Positions 55,048-63,979 of a stretch of 64,000 bases of DNA are shown one piece after another. This stretch comes from a virus (lineage: Duplodnaviria > Caudoviricetes), in the IMG/VR virus record IMGVR_UViG_3300033066_001466, positions 10,720 through 74,719 of that record, one strand, 5' to 3'. A program made the translations under genes and the position numbers. The notes beneath the pieces were generated by a model, which was not told where the DNA came from, ran no database searches, and was given only the letters and a program-made list of their open reading frames with translations. Within the stretch, counting starts at the first letter, position 1. Each line of letters begins with the position of its first letter.

Positions 55048-58000
55048 TTATCTATCGCCCTTTTTAACTAGTCCTACCTTAAAAGCATTTAATTTTCCAA
55101 TCATTGGATTACTACCATAAAACATGTTAGAACTTTGCTTATTATTTTTCTTTGTTAAAGCTTTGTCTGCCAAAACACCATGAATTAATTTGTCAGGAGT
55201 GGTATCACTTTCGCGACTTTTCGTCACTTCATTTGCAACCGCATTAGCAATTAACAAAGCAGAGTAACGGTCTTTTTTGAATTGGGTATTTTGAGCAGTT
55301 TGAGTTTCGCCCTTTTTAGTAGGCAAGCCCCATTTTTCACTTCCGGCCGGAGTTTGCGTACAAACAATACTAGTAAGTTCTTTTTTAAGTAATTCTATTT
55401 CATCATATATATAATCAATAGTATCTTCAACAGTTTCGCCTGCAAGTAACTTAACTTTTTCGTATTTTATGAATCCAGCATTTTTACCATCCAATTCTTC
55501 TTCTGCTACCATTGCATATGGGTCATACTGTGGAAACAAAAGATTTTTATTTTCTAAATCTCTCTTCATCGTATGATTCGCTGTTGATACCCATTGGTAA
55601 TCTTGGAATTTAATAAGTTTAATAATATGTGGCCCTACCATTATATCGGTATCTTTAATTTCTCCTGGAACTATAATTTCATAAACTGGATTCTCAAGTG
55701 TCTTCATTTCGTCAGCAATAGCTCGTCCGCCACCATCGGCATCCATACCAATTTGAATCACATTTTGGTTACCAAAAGCCTCCATAATTCTACGAATCTT
55801 TTTTGCGGCATACGAATAGAATCTCTTCTCAAGAGTTTTTGAATCGGCTTTATCTTTATTAAATTTCTTTCTGCTTGTTGTAAAACAGGCAATAACCCTT
55901 TTATGGCTTTTATAAACCTCTGTTACTACAATAGCAAAATTATCGCTTTCTGATGCGGGGTCAACACCTATTACATATTCTGCATCCTTTTTACCTCTTA
56001 AAGCAGGAGGAAATTGAATACCATTGATTCTTTCATTTGTTACACAGCTATCAATCAAAGACTTTTTAAAGAATCCAGCAGAATCATCAAGGAAAATACA
56101 ACCAAACTCAGAATTGAAAATATCAGATGAAGAAGTTGCTCTAGCACTAATTATGTCTGTTTCCGACATATAGCCTTTTGGTAACATATCGTATGGAACT
56201 CTAAACACACAGTAATGAGCAGGGTTCACATCCTTAAAATTCTCATAATCTTCTGGCATTAAAGCTTTTAATTTTTCCTCTTCTCCGCGAGCCTCAATAA
56301 TTGCCCTATACTTCTTAAAGTATTGACCTAAGTTTGAAAATGAGTAAGAACAAGTTCCGCCAATAATTTCTTGATTAAAAGACTCTTTAAAGTTAAGGCC
56401 CATTTTTGCAGGACTAATACCTAATTTCAAAGCGGCTTTCTTAGCCATTTCTATACGAACTTTCTCAGCAGGGTCATCAGAAACAACACCGAATCCACGA
56501 ACAACTCGTTCAAAAATATCTAAATCGTGAGAATCAAATTCGTCTGCAATAGTACAATTAGAACGAAAACCTCTAATCTTTTGGCCACCAACCCCAATAG
56601 GTAAAGCAGTAATTTCTGATTCACCAATTGTCATTGTAATTTTATCCATAGCGTATTTAACGCCATTTTCTTCGCCTCGTAGTCCCGTAAGACCAATGAT
56701 ATCACGAAGGACATCTGCCGAATGCCATACTTTTTCGCAAGCCTCCATAATCATTTTACTTTGTCGAAAACCTGAACCAACTACGATAATTTTAGAGCCT
56801 TGGTCAAGGAAAGCTTTGTAAACTGCATATAAACCAAAAAGATAAGTATTATGAGAAATAAAACCATTACTAACAAAAGAATGGTCTGTTTTTAAATGAA
56901 CGTCAAAAGTCTCACAAGAACCATTTGAAACTTCTGTTATGGTATCATAAAAATAATTTTTATTATATATTTCTTTTAAAAATTTCCAATCATTATCATT
57001 ACTTAATTCATTAGTTAATTCTAATATTTTATGTAACGTACTATATGATAAATCATAAGCTTTTAATCTATGTGGCGATAATAGCTGTCTTTTATAATTA
57101 TAACTATGAGACATAGGTTGTCTTATTTTTACATATTTATCTCTTAAAGAAAGTAATCTGTTCAATATTAATTCTTTAGGAATAACATCCTTGTTTGGAT
57201 TCTTTGTTTTTTGACATAGTTTTTCAAGTTTTTCTTGTTTTCTAGTTAAGCCAAATCCAATCTTTTCTTTAAATTTAACAGCATCATTAGACCCTATATA
57301 AAGATAATGGTAATCTGTGTTATATTTCTTATTATGTTTTTTAAATCTTCTTGACACAATCCCTAACTTTAATAACAAAATTTGTAAATTTTTAACGAGA
57401 TTTGATGACTTTGCACAAAACTCTAAATGTGATGATAAACAACATCCATCCGTATCAAATAGTCCTCTAATAAAAGCCTCTATCACTTCATTTGATGATT
57501 CATATATTAATGACGGAACATCTTTTTCAGCACAAATAGAAGAATTAAACTTGTATTTTGAAAGTAGTTCATCTCTGATTCTTTTTGAATACAATCTAAA
57601 TCCTATTTTATCAGACTTAACATCTACAAAAGATTTTCCAAAATATTTCAAAGAAAATTCCTTAGCTTTATCTGAAAGCTCTTTGTCTGCACTTGTAAAA
57701 ATGATACATTCTTGACTATAGCACCCATCTCCAATTATTAAGCCTAATAAATAAGCTTCATCCTCTTCTAAGCCAGAATTATTTTTATGGTCTATAGGGT
57801 TTCTATAAATAACTATTTTATCCCCAACTTTAACATCTTTAAGTTCTTTCCAAATTATCTGACCATCTCCAATAATTTTAACTGGATGGTCTAATGTGCC
57901 TTCTAAATCAAATCCATAATTTGTTTTTATCTTAGATGTGTCAGTTTCTCCATTTGACCAAGCATAATCTAATTCGGAATATCCATTAGCTCCTAAAATT

Positions 58001-58401
58001 TTAATATTATCATCTAAGTATCTAACTCTTTTTACATAGTCTTTAGGTAAAATATCTTTTATTTTTTGGACACCAAAATTTGTAACTATCAAAGTATCAC
58101 CAACGAGACACTTTCCAAATCCTCTTGATGCTATTACTAATGGTCTTGCATGATTATATAATTCTTTAACACAAAATCCTTGAAAAGGCATGATATTTTG
58201 GCCTAGAATATACTTACACGTAAAATAAGCATACGATGGGTCCATCACCATTCTAGCTAATTGAAGCTCAGGAGCATCTTTTCCCTTTAATGGATTTACT
58301 ATAGCTATATCTTTGATGCCATATTTAAGCCCTTGGTAAGCTTTAAGTTTTTCAGGATGATGGGCTTCCATATAAGCGTCTATATCACGACTTATTGACA
58401 T
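55048..58401 (-). CDS. terL: terminase large subunit with intein
   Basis: Walker A ASRGFGK|T, Walker B TIADEF, nuclease GVDPAS, KKDRYSAL. Confidence 0.92.
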   Translation of the reverse strand: MSISRDIDAYMEAHHPEKLKAYQGLKYGIKDIAIVNPLKGKDAPELQLARMVMDPSYAYFTCKYILGQNIMPFQGFCVKELYNHARPLVIASRGFGKCLVGDTLIVTNFGVQKIKDILPKDYVKRVRYLDDNIKILGANGYSELDYAWSNGETDTSKIKTNYGFDLEGTLDHPVKIIGDGQIIWKELKDVKVGDKIVIYRNPIDHKNNSGLEEDEAYLLGLIIGDGCYSQECIIFTSADKELSDKAKEFSLKYFGKSFVDVKSDKIGFRLYSKRIRDELLSKYKFNSSICAEKDVPSLIYESSNEVIEAFIRGLFDTDGCCLSSHLEFCAKSSNLVKNLQILLLKLGIVSRRFKKHNKKYNTDYHYLYIGSNDAVKFKEKIGFGLTRKQEKLEKLCQKTKNPNKDVIPKELILNRLLSLRDKYVKIRQPMSHSYNYKRQLLSPHRLKAYDLSYSTLHKILELTNELSNDNDWKFLKEIYNKNYFYDTITEVSNGSCETFDVHLKTDHSFVSNGFISHNTYLFGLYAVYKAFLDQGSKIIVVGSGFRQSKMIMEACEKVWHSADVLRDIIGLTGLRGEENGVKYAMDKITMTIGESEITALPIGVGGQKIRGFRSNCTIADEFDSHDLDIFERVVRGFGVVSDDPAEKVRIEMAKKAALKLGISPAKMGLNFKESFNQEIIGGTCSYSFSNLGQYFKKYRAIIEARGEEEKLKALMPEDYENFKDVNPAHYCVFRVPYDMLPKGYMSETDIISARATSSSDIFNSEFGCIFLDDSAGFFKKSLIDSCVTNERINGIQFPPALRGKKDAEYVIGVDPASESDNFAIVVTEVYKSHKRVIACFTTSRKKFNKDKADSKTLEKRFYSYAAKKIRRIMEAFGNQNVIQIGMDADGGGRAIADEMKTLENPVYEIIVPGEIKDTDIMVGPHIIKLIKFQDYQWVSTANHTMKRDLENKNLLFPQYDPYAMVAEEELDGKNAGFIKYEKVKLLAGETVEDTIDYIYDEIELLKKELTSIVCTQTPAGSEKWGLPTKKGETQTAQNTQFKKDRYSALLIANAVANEVTKSRESDTTPDKLIHGVLADKALTKKNNKQSSNMFYGSNPMIGKLNAFKVGLVKKGDR
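56848..58110 (-). mobile_element. 421-aa intein with LAGLIDADG endonuclease in the TerL Walker A
   Basis: Starts CLVGDT, contains TLDHP, LGLIIGDG and IRGLFDTDG, ends SHN before Thr. Confidence 0.92.
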
Positions 58402-58892
58402 TAAATTAAACCTTCACAACGAGCTACTTGTTTCATATAAAACATTGCTAACTCTTTACTAGAGCTTCCGGGGCCAGCATAAATTACCGGAATTTTTAAC
58501 TTAATAGTAAAGTAAGATAATTTTGACAATATATAATTTCCATTTGCTTTTAAACCATCCCAGTATCTTGACGGAATCCCACTTCCGTATGGAAAAGAAA
58601 TAACATCTTTAAGGTCAAATTGACATATAATAAAACGATACTTAAATGATTGAAGTCTGTCTAATTCGTCAGAAAAACGTTTCTCAAATAGATTATTATA
58701 TATTTCCCCAACACTGTGTTTTCTCTCAATTGTGAATGTTTGCTTTGGCAACTCTTTAATCATATAGTCGCCAGTTTCTATTGGGCACTGGATTGTGCCC
58801 AAACAGTATTCGTTAGGTTCAAATGTCCAAAAGTGTTTTTTCTCTTGGCCACTACGAAGAACTGTAAACTTATTCTTGGTCTTTGACATCAA
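58401..58892 (-). CDS. ERCC4-domain nuclease
   Basis: TGDY...IERKH motif. Confidence 0.8.
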   Translation of the reverse strand: MMSKTKNKFTVLRSGQEKKHFWTFEPNEYCLGTIQCPIETGDYMIKELPKQTFTIERKHSVGEIYNNLFEKRFSDELDRLQSFKYRFIICQFDLKDVISFPYGSGIPSRYWDGLKANGNYILSKLSYFTIKLKIPVIYAGPGSSSKELAMFYMKQVARCEGLI

Positions 58893-59910
58893 ATTTTACC
58901 ATCTCGTTAACTAAATCAATAAAGGAATATTTTGGTTTCCAACCTAATTCTTCTCTTATTGGCCTGCTATTTCCCTTAAGATAATCAACTTCTGCTGGAC
59001 GATATAAATTTTTATCAATGTTAACTAAACTAGTTATATCAATAAGTTCTGGTTTCACACAATACTTTTTAGATTCTTCAAAAGCTAGTTTTAAAAACTC
59101 TTCTACCGAATGGGTCTCCATATTGCTTATTACATAATCTTTTGGAGGAGCTTGCATTGTAAGATAAAAAGCTTCTACACAATCTTTTGCATGAGTCCAA
59201 TCTCGGTACGAGGAAGTGTTGCCCAAAGAAAGTAAAGGTATATCTTTGGCCGAAAAACCATTAATTTTATTATATTCGGGAGCAGACTCTTTATTAATTA
59301 AATTAACTATTTTACCAAGATATTTTGTAATTTTGCGAGTGACAAAATCTTCACCACGTTTTGGTGATTCATGATTAAAACATACATTAGAACGCACATT
59401 TAATTTATAACTTTTGCGGTAAATATCTACCATATTAAAAGCCGCTAATTTTGCCGCAGCATACGGGGAACAAACTTTCATACGTGTGTTAATAGATTGG
59501 AATCCGTCTGGGTCTACTTCTGAACCAAATTGTTCGCTTGAACTAGCATATAGATATTTAGTTTCGGGCGAATTATGTCGAATTGCTTCAAGAAAATAAA
59601 TGCAATTCATAGCTACAGATTCAAAAGCATGAATTGGTTCTTTAAAAGAAATTCCAACTTGACTCATACTAGCAAAATTATAACATTCATCCGGCTTTAA
59701 TTCACGAATTACATTACTAACATTAATACTGTCGGACACATCGCAATGAATTAATTCGATTTTATCTAAAATATGATTTATTCGCCAATAATTTGGGGCA
59801 GAACTTCGTCTAATAGTTCCATAAACCTTATATCCTTTTTCAAGAAGTAATTCCATCATATAGGAACCATCTTGACCTGTAGCTCCACACACTAAAGCTT
59901 TCTTTTGCAT
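58870..59910 (-). CDS. gmd: GDP-mannose 4,6-dehydratase
   Basis: GATGQDGSY, ASSSEQFG, SPYAAAK, FNHESPKRGEDFVTRKIT, RDWTHA. Confidence 0.93.
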   Translation of the reverse strand: MQKKALVCGATGQDGSYMMELLLEKGYKVYGTIRRSSAPNYWRINHILDKIELIHCDVSDSINVSNVIRELKPDECYNFASMSQVGISFKEPIHAFESVAMNCIYFLEAIRHNSPETKYLYASSSEQFGSEVDPDGFQSINTRMKVCSPYAAAKLAAFNMVDIYRKSYKLNVRSNVCFNHESPKRGEDFVTRKITKYLGKIVNLINKESAPEYNKINGFSAKDIPLLSLGNTSSYRDWTHAKDCVEAFYLTMQAPPKDYVISNMETHSVEEFLKLAFEESKKYCVKPELIDITSLVNIDKNLYRPAEVDYLKGNSRPIREELGWKPKYSFIDLVNEMVKFDVKDQE

Positions 59911-59922
59911 ACCATATCTCCT

Positions 59923-60765
59923 TTATTGAACCTTTCCAGATGTGAATGGTGTATCCAATGAATCATCTAAATATCTAACTGTCATAGAATATCTATCGGC
60001 TTCGGTTTCTGCCGCAAGCTTTTCTAATTCAGCATCTTCACCCATTCTAATACGTTGATTATCATCTTTCATTTGTCTCATAAGCCCAAGAAAAGTATTT
60101 TTATTACCTTCTTCTTTAGTTACTCTTTGTTTACGATTTGCTTTAAGTTCATCCGACATTTCTATATAAAGTTTTTGTTGCTTTTCATAAATTGCCATAT
60201 TAGCATTAATATAACCATAAGAGTCACCTCTGTACTCTCTAAATCTAGCTAACTTATTATTTCTTTCTTCATCACTTAAAGTTTCGTTTTCTAAGGTAGA
60301 CTTAATATCTTTTTCAGTTTCAGCAATTCTTTCCTCTAAATCCTTATTTCGACGCATCAACTTTCCCATAATCATATCTATTTTGATAATATGAAAAATC
60401 TGATTACGCTCACTAGGAACAATATCATCTTTAAATTGACCCACCCATTCCGAATACTTCTTTTCAAAGATTTTAATTTCTTTATCTGTCAATTCCCCCT
60501 TAAGTAATTCGTATTCGTGTCCTGCCCTTAAGTTATTTAATACTTCACTTGTAAAGATTCCAGTCTTACCAGTATCGTTAAGATAGTTCTCTATAAGAGT
60601 CGGATTACGTTCAAGCTTTTTGGCCATTTGAGCAATAGTAAGATTGCCCGAATTAGCTTTAATAAAAGCTTTTTCTTTAACCGTTAGTTTGCCTTGTTTA
60701 ACAGTTTTATTACCTGTAATCATTCTAGGTGGAAACGCTGATTCCGCCATCTTCTTTACTCCCAT
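59923..60765 (-). CDS. HTH + coiled-coil protein, candidate terminase small subunit
   Basis: N-terminal HTH-like segment; upstream of TerL. Confidence 0.45.
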   Translation of the reverse strand: MGVKKMAESAFPPRMITGNKTVKQGKLTVKEKAFIKANSGNLTIAQMAKKLERNPTLIENYLNDTGKTGIFTSEVLNNLRAGHEYELLKGELTDKEIKIFEKKYSEWVGQFKDDIVPSERNQIFHIIKIDMIMGKLMRRNKDLEERIAETEKDIKSTLENETLSDEERNNKLARFREYRGDSYGYINANMAIYEKQQKLYIEMSDELKANRKQRVTKEEGNKNTFLGLMRQMKDDNQRIRMGEDAELEKLAAETEADRYSMTVRYLDDSLDTPFTSGKVQ

Positions 60766-61372
60766 CAGAATTCAAAATTTTCCACTCTTCTTCGAGTTTA
60801 TCTAATCGGCACTTTTTAATTTTTTTGCCTTCTAACAATTCCTTAAAAGTTTCTTTGCTCTCATCAGAGAGTTTACTTTGGATATTTTCGGCTAAGTCCT
60901 TTTCATCTACATCAACAATATCCTTATTATCTCTTAGCAGAGTCTGTTCATAAAGAGGTTCACCCTTCATAGACATCAAACTCATTTTCATCTTATTTCG
61001 TTCATGATACTCTTTGTATTTTTCGCACTTTAGTTTGTTATCAAAAACCTGGCATCCCGACTGATTAACCTTCATATGTTCATCTCTGAAAATACATCTA
61101 CTACAAGGTTGTTCAGTTCTACGAAATTTATCTCTACTTAAACTAATAAAACGGTTAATTATACAGGTTCTTAAAAATCCACCCAATGGCCTTTTCTCAT
61201 CATACTTTCCAGAGTTTATTGCTTCTACAGCAAAAAGATATGCTTGTTGAGATAAGTCGCCATGAGTTTTGCTATAATATCCAAACGGACGTATACCCTT
61301 TAATAAACTTTTAATAGTAACATCCATAATCTTCAACATCTCTTCTTCGGTCATATTTTTAGGGATTAGCAT
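60725..61372 (-). CDS. phage sigma-factor-like protein
   Basis: Region-2-like DLSQQAYLFAVEA..YD..FLRTCIINRF; Cys insert; region 4 appears truncated. Confidence 0.65.
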   Translation of the reverse strand: MLIPKNMTEEEMLKIMDVTIKSLLKGIRPFGYYSKTHGDLSQQAYLFAVEAINSGKYDEKRPLGGFLRTCIINRFISLSRDKFRRTEQPCSRCIFRDEHMKVNQSGCQVFDNKLKCEKYKEYHERNKMKMSLMSMKGEPLYEQTLLRDNKDIVDVDEKDLAENIQSKLSDESKETFKELLEGKKIKKCRLDKLEEEWKILNSDGSKEDGGISVST

Positions 61373-61505
61373 TCAATACCTCTTGTTTTACTTCTAAAGT
61401 TCCACTACTAGGTGTAGTTTGTGATTTCAGAAGTTCCTCTAAATTAATCTCCACCAAATTTTCTTGCTCTAATTCTGCCGCAAATCCAACAAAGATTGGC
61501 TCCAT
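61359..61505 (-). CDS. small acidic hypothetical protein
   Basis: ATG 61505 with SD GGAG; coupled to the sigma-like gene. Confidence 0.5.
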   Translation of the reverse strand: MEPIFVGFAAELEQENLVEINLEELLKSQTTPSSGTLEVKQEVLNANP

Positions 61506-61529
61506 CTCTTGTCTCCAAACTAGTGTACT

Positions 61530-61594
61530 AATATATACCATATAAATATTTGATGTCAACTTAATTTTACAGAATACTCTATTATTATACACCT
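61530..61594 (-). promoter_or_regulatory. tandem promoters for the leftward operon
   Basis: TTGACA-18-TATATT (61559-61530) plus late-like AGGTGTATA (61594-61586). Confidence 0.55.
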
Positions 61595-61611
61595 TTTTGT
61601 TAAAATCAGCC

Positions 61612-61640
61612 TTGACTTATGGCCAAAAGTGTGGTAATTT
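61612..61640 (+). promoter_or_regulatory. sigma70-type promoter for rightward genes
   Basis: TTGACT-17-TAATTT with TG extension. Confidence 0.6.
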
Positions 61641-61656
61641 AAACCGTAAAAGACGT

Positions 61657-61893
61657 ATGATACAAAAAAGAATATACATACTAATGTGGCCGAAAATGCA
61701 TAATAGCAAGTCTTATCTGGGCGATAACGGTCGATTTTTTCTAGAAGAACAAACTGGCTTAATTAACTATGATATGTTAGATTATACTGAACATGGAAAA
61801 ATTCTTAAGGAATGTGCAAATAAGTTTATTATGGAAATTATAACTGCTCCATCTATTTATAATAAAATATTCTCAGTAAAAAAGATTACATAA
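61657..61893 (+). CDS. hypothetical protein
   Basis: ATG 61657 downstream of the promoter. Confidence 0.5.
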   Translation: MIQKRIYILMWPKMHNSKSYLGDNGRFFLEEQTGLINYDMLDYTEHGKILKECANKFIMEIITAPSIYNKIFSVKKIT

Positions 61894-62249
61894 TGAAACT
61901 CTGTATATTTGGTAGTCGCAATTTTGCCGATTACAAACTCCTGAAAGAAAAGGTTGACAAAATCCATCTTGAAACACCTATATCTGAAATAGTTTCCGGC
62001 AAAGCTAAAGGTGCCGATAGTTTGGGTGAAATTTGGGCCAAAGAAAATAATATTCCAATTAAAGAATTTCCGGCGGATTGGTTATTAGGTAAAAAAGCTG
62101 GCCCATTAAGAAATGAAGAAATGGCCCAATATTGTGATAAAGCTATAGGGTTTTCGGTTAATAATAGTAGGGGCACTGCTAATATGTGTGAGTGTTTGCA
62201 TAAATATGGAAAATTCGGATGGCTAGTAGAGGTAAACGATGAAGCTTAA
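61893..62249 (+). CDS. YspA/DUF2493-like SLOG family protein
   Basis: IFGSRNF, IVSGKAKGAD, FPADW..GKKAGPLRN, SRGTANM. Confidence 0.85.
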   Translation: MKLCIFGSRNFADYKLLKEKVDKIHLETPISEIVSGKAKGADSLGEIWAKENNIPIKEFPADWLLGKKAGPLRNEEMAQYCDKAIGFSVNNSRGTANMCECLHKYGKFGWLVEVNDEA

Positions 62250-62439
62250 ATTAATCACCAAAATCAAGAGAAAGGCACCTCTAGGCGAAGATTGTCATTT
62301 ACAACTTTTAGCGAATGGCGAACCAATTATTTCTGGCCCAGAGGATGAGGCTATGGCCGAAATGGAAAAATTTTATAAAATGCTCAAAAATACTAATGTG
62401 AATTGGGAACAAGAGAAAGGTCAAATTATCCATGAATGA
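62239..62439 (+). CDS. hypothetical protein
   Basis: 66 aa, SD GAGG. Confidence 0.55.
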   Translation: MKLKLITKIKRKAPLGEDCHLQLLANGEPIISGPEDEAMAEMEKFYKMLKNTNVNWEQEKGQIIHE

Positions 62440-63013
62440 CTCAAACGCCGTCGGGCTTATGGAATGCGGTTGCTCTCATGATAGAGATAGAAAATTAATT
62501 ATTAATCCAGATTGTGAGGCTAAATATATCGGAGGAAGTTCCTCTACTTCTTTTATGGACGACCATTATCTTTTAACTAATTATAAGTCCCATCCAAAAA
62601 ATCCAGAATTAAAATTCATTGATAACTGTGAATACAGATTAGATGGTAATAATAAATTCAAACTATATGACCCTAATGAAGGACTATCCGACACTTGGCG
62701 GGAATACGGCGAAGCCCAATTTTCGGGCCAAAAGCTTCTTGTATTTATCCATGAAGTCCTTAAAGCAGCCCAACGTGATGCAAAAAAGAATAATAGTACT
62801 ACACTTTTGTTTAAAGTATTAGAGGAATTGGGCGAATATGGGACGGCAAAAGCTGGCCATAAAGATGTAGAAGAAAGTCCATGTGAGGAATTAGTAGATA
62901 TTTTAATAACCGTTCTATCTCTATACTCTCTTGAGGGTGGCAGCATAGAACATCTCGGAGAATATGGAGCTAAAAAGCTCCGTAAGTATAATAGAAAGAT
63001 GGGGCACGAATGA
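62432..63013 (+). CDS. protein with C-terminal MazG-like NTP pyrophosphohydrolase domain
   Basis: KVLEELGE...EELVDILI. Confidence 0.7.
   Translation: MNDSNAVGLMECGCSHDRDRKLIINPDCEAKYIGGSSSTSFMDDHYLLTNYKSHPKNPELKFIDNCEYRLDGNNKFKLYDPNEGLSDTWREYGEAQFSGQKLLVFIHEVLKAAQRDAKKNNSTTLLFKVLEELGEYGTAKAGHKDVEESPCEELVDILITVLSLYSLEGGSIEHLGEYGAKKLRKYNRKMGHE
62439..62459 (+). repeat. dispersed 21-bp repeat ACTCAAACGCCGTCGGGCTTA
   Basis: 19/21 to the copy at 28556; between a TGA stop and ATG 62459. Confidence 0.75.
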
Positions 63014-63222
63014 AAATCCGGGGAATAGAAATGTTTCAAACCGCCAATATGGCATATAATTTAAGCATGCCAATCGGCCTTTTAATTAATGATTCAAAAG
63101 AAGATAATCTAATTGGGCGAATTAAAGATAGTATCAAGAATGGCGACAAGATTTATTTCGTTAGCACAAACGACGAAAGAATGAAAGCTACCCAAAAACT
63201 AATAGAGGAGAAATCATTATGA
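63010..63222 (+). CDS. hypothetical protein
   Basis: ATGA overlaps at both ends. Confidence 0.55.
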   Translation: MKIRGIEMFQTANMAYNLSMPIGLLINDSKEDNLIGRIKDSIKNGDKIYFVSTNDERMKATQKLIEEKSL

Positions 63223-63416
63223 GATTATTTTCGACTGCTCGCTCAATGATGCGAAAAGATAGAGGCTATACAGTTTATAGGAGAACTTCGGCCCATTCAT
63301 ATCCAATAACTCCTTCTGGTGATGGTTCGGCCCCTATTGATTGGTTAACTCTGATTAGTAGAATAGTAGCCTCTTCATTTATTATCTTCTTAATGATTAA
63401 GGTGGTTATTAGGTGA
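63219..63416 (+). CDS. small protein with C-terminal TM helix
   Basis: WLTLISRIVASSFIIFLMIKVVIR. Confidence 0.55.
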   Translation: MRLFSTARSMMRKDRGYTVYRRTSAHSYPITPSGDGSAPIDWLTLISRIVASSFIIFLMIKVVIR

Positions 63417-63424
63417 TTACGATA

Positions 63425-63520
63425 ATGAACTTAATTTTGTTTAATTGGCCCCTTTTGTTGGGAATCTCAATAGTACTACTGGTTTTTTGGATTCTAAATA
63501 TTTGTCGCAAAAGAAAGTAA
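63425..63520 (+). CDS. 31-aa single-TM protein, not in the ORF track
   Basis: MNLILFNWPLLLGISIVLLVFWILNICRKRK; SD AGGTG; fills the gap exactly. Confidence 0.6.
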   Translation: MNLILFNWPLLLGISIVLLVFWILNICRKRK

Positions 63521-63523
63521 TAT

Positions 63524-63979
63524 ATGGCCGAATTAAGGATTTTAGAATTTGATGAGTCTAATTATAAAGGTGGAATATTAGCCCGATTTTGCGGGGAAGA
63601 AACTGATAACAAAACTGCGTTCAAGCTTGGTAAACAAATGGTTGACCTTATGGTTGAAGCTAAAGGATTGGGGTTAGCCGCAAATCAAGTGGGCCATCTC
63701 GTCCAGCTAATGGTAATTAGTATTAAAGGAAAACCAGTAATTCTGTATAAACCTAAAATTATAAAGATTGGCCATGAAACCGCGATAGCTGAAGAAGGAT
63801 GTTTGAGTCTTCCCGGAATTTTTCGGGAAATTAGTAGGCCCACAGAAGTGAAATTTTCGGCAATAATTAATAAAGCTGGAAAGAGAAAGGACTTCGTCCT
63901 TAAAGATTTGGAAGCTAGAACTTTTTTTCACGAATTCTCTCATTTGAGCGGTACTACAATACTTGATGAAAGAGTATAG
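63524..63979 (+). CDS. def: peptide deformylase
   Basis: GLGLAANQVG, EGCLS, HEFSHL. Confidence 0.92.
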   Translation: MAELRILEFDESNYKGGILARFCGEETDNKTAFKLGKQMVDLMVEAKGLGLAANQVGHLVQLMVISIKGKPVILYKPKIIKIGHETAIAEEGCLSLPGIFREISRPTEVKFSAIINKAGKRKDFVLKDLEARTFFHEFSHLSGTTILDERV

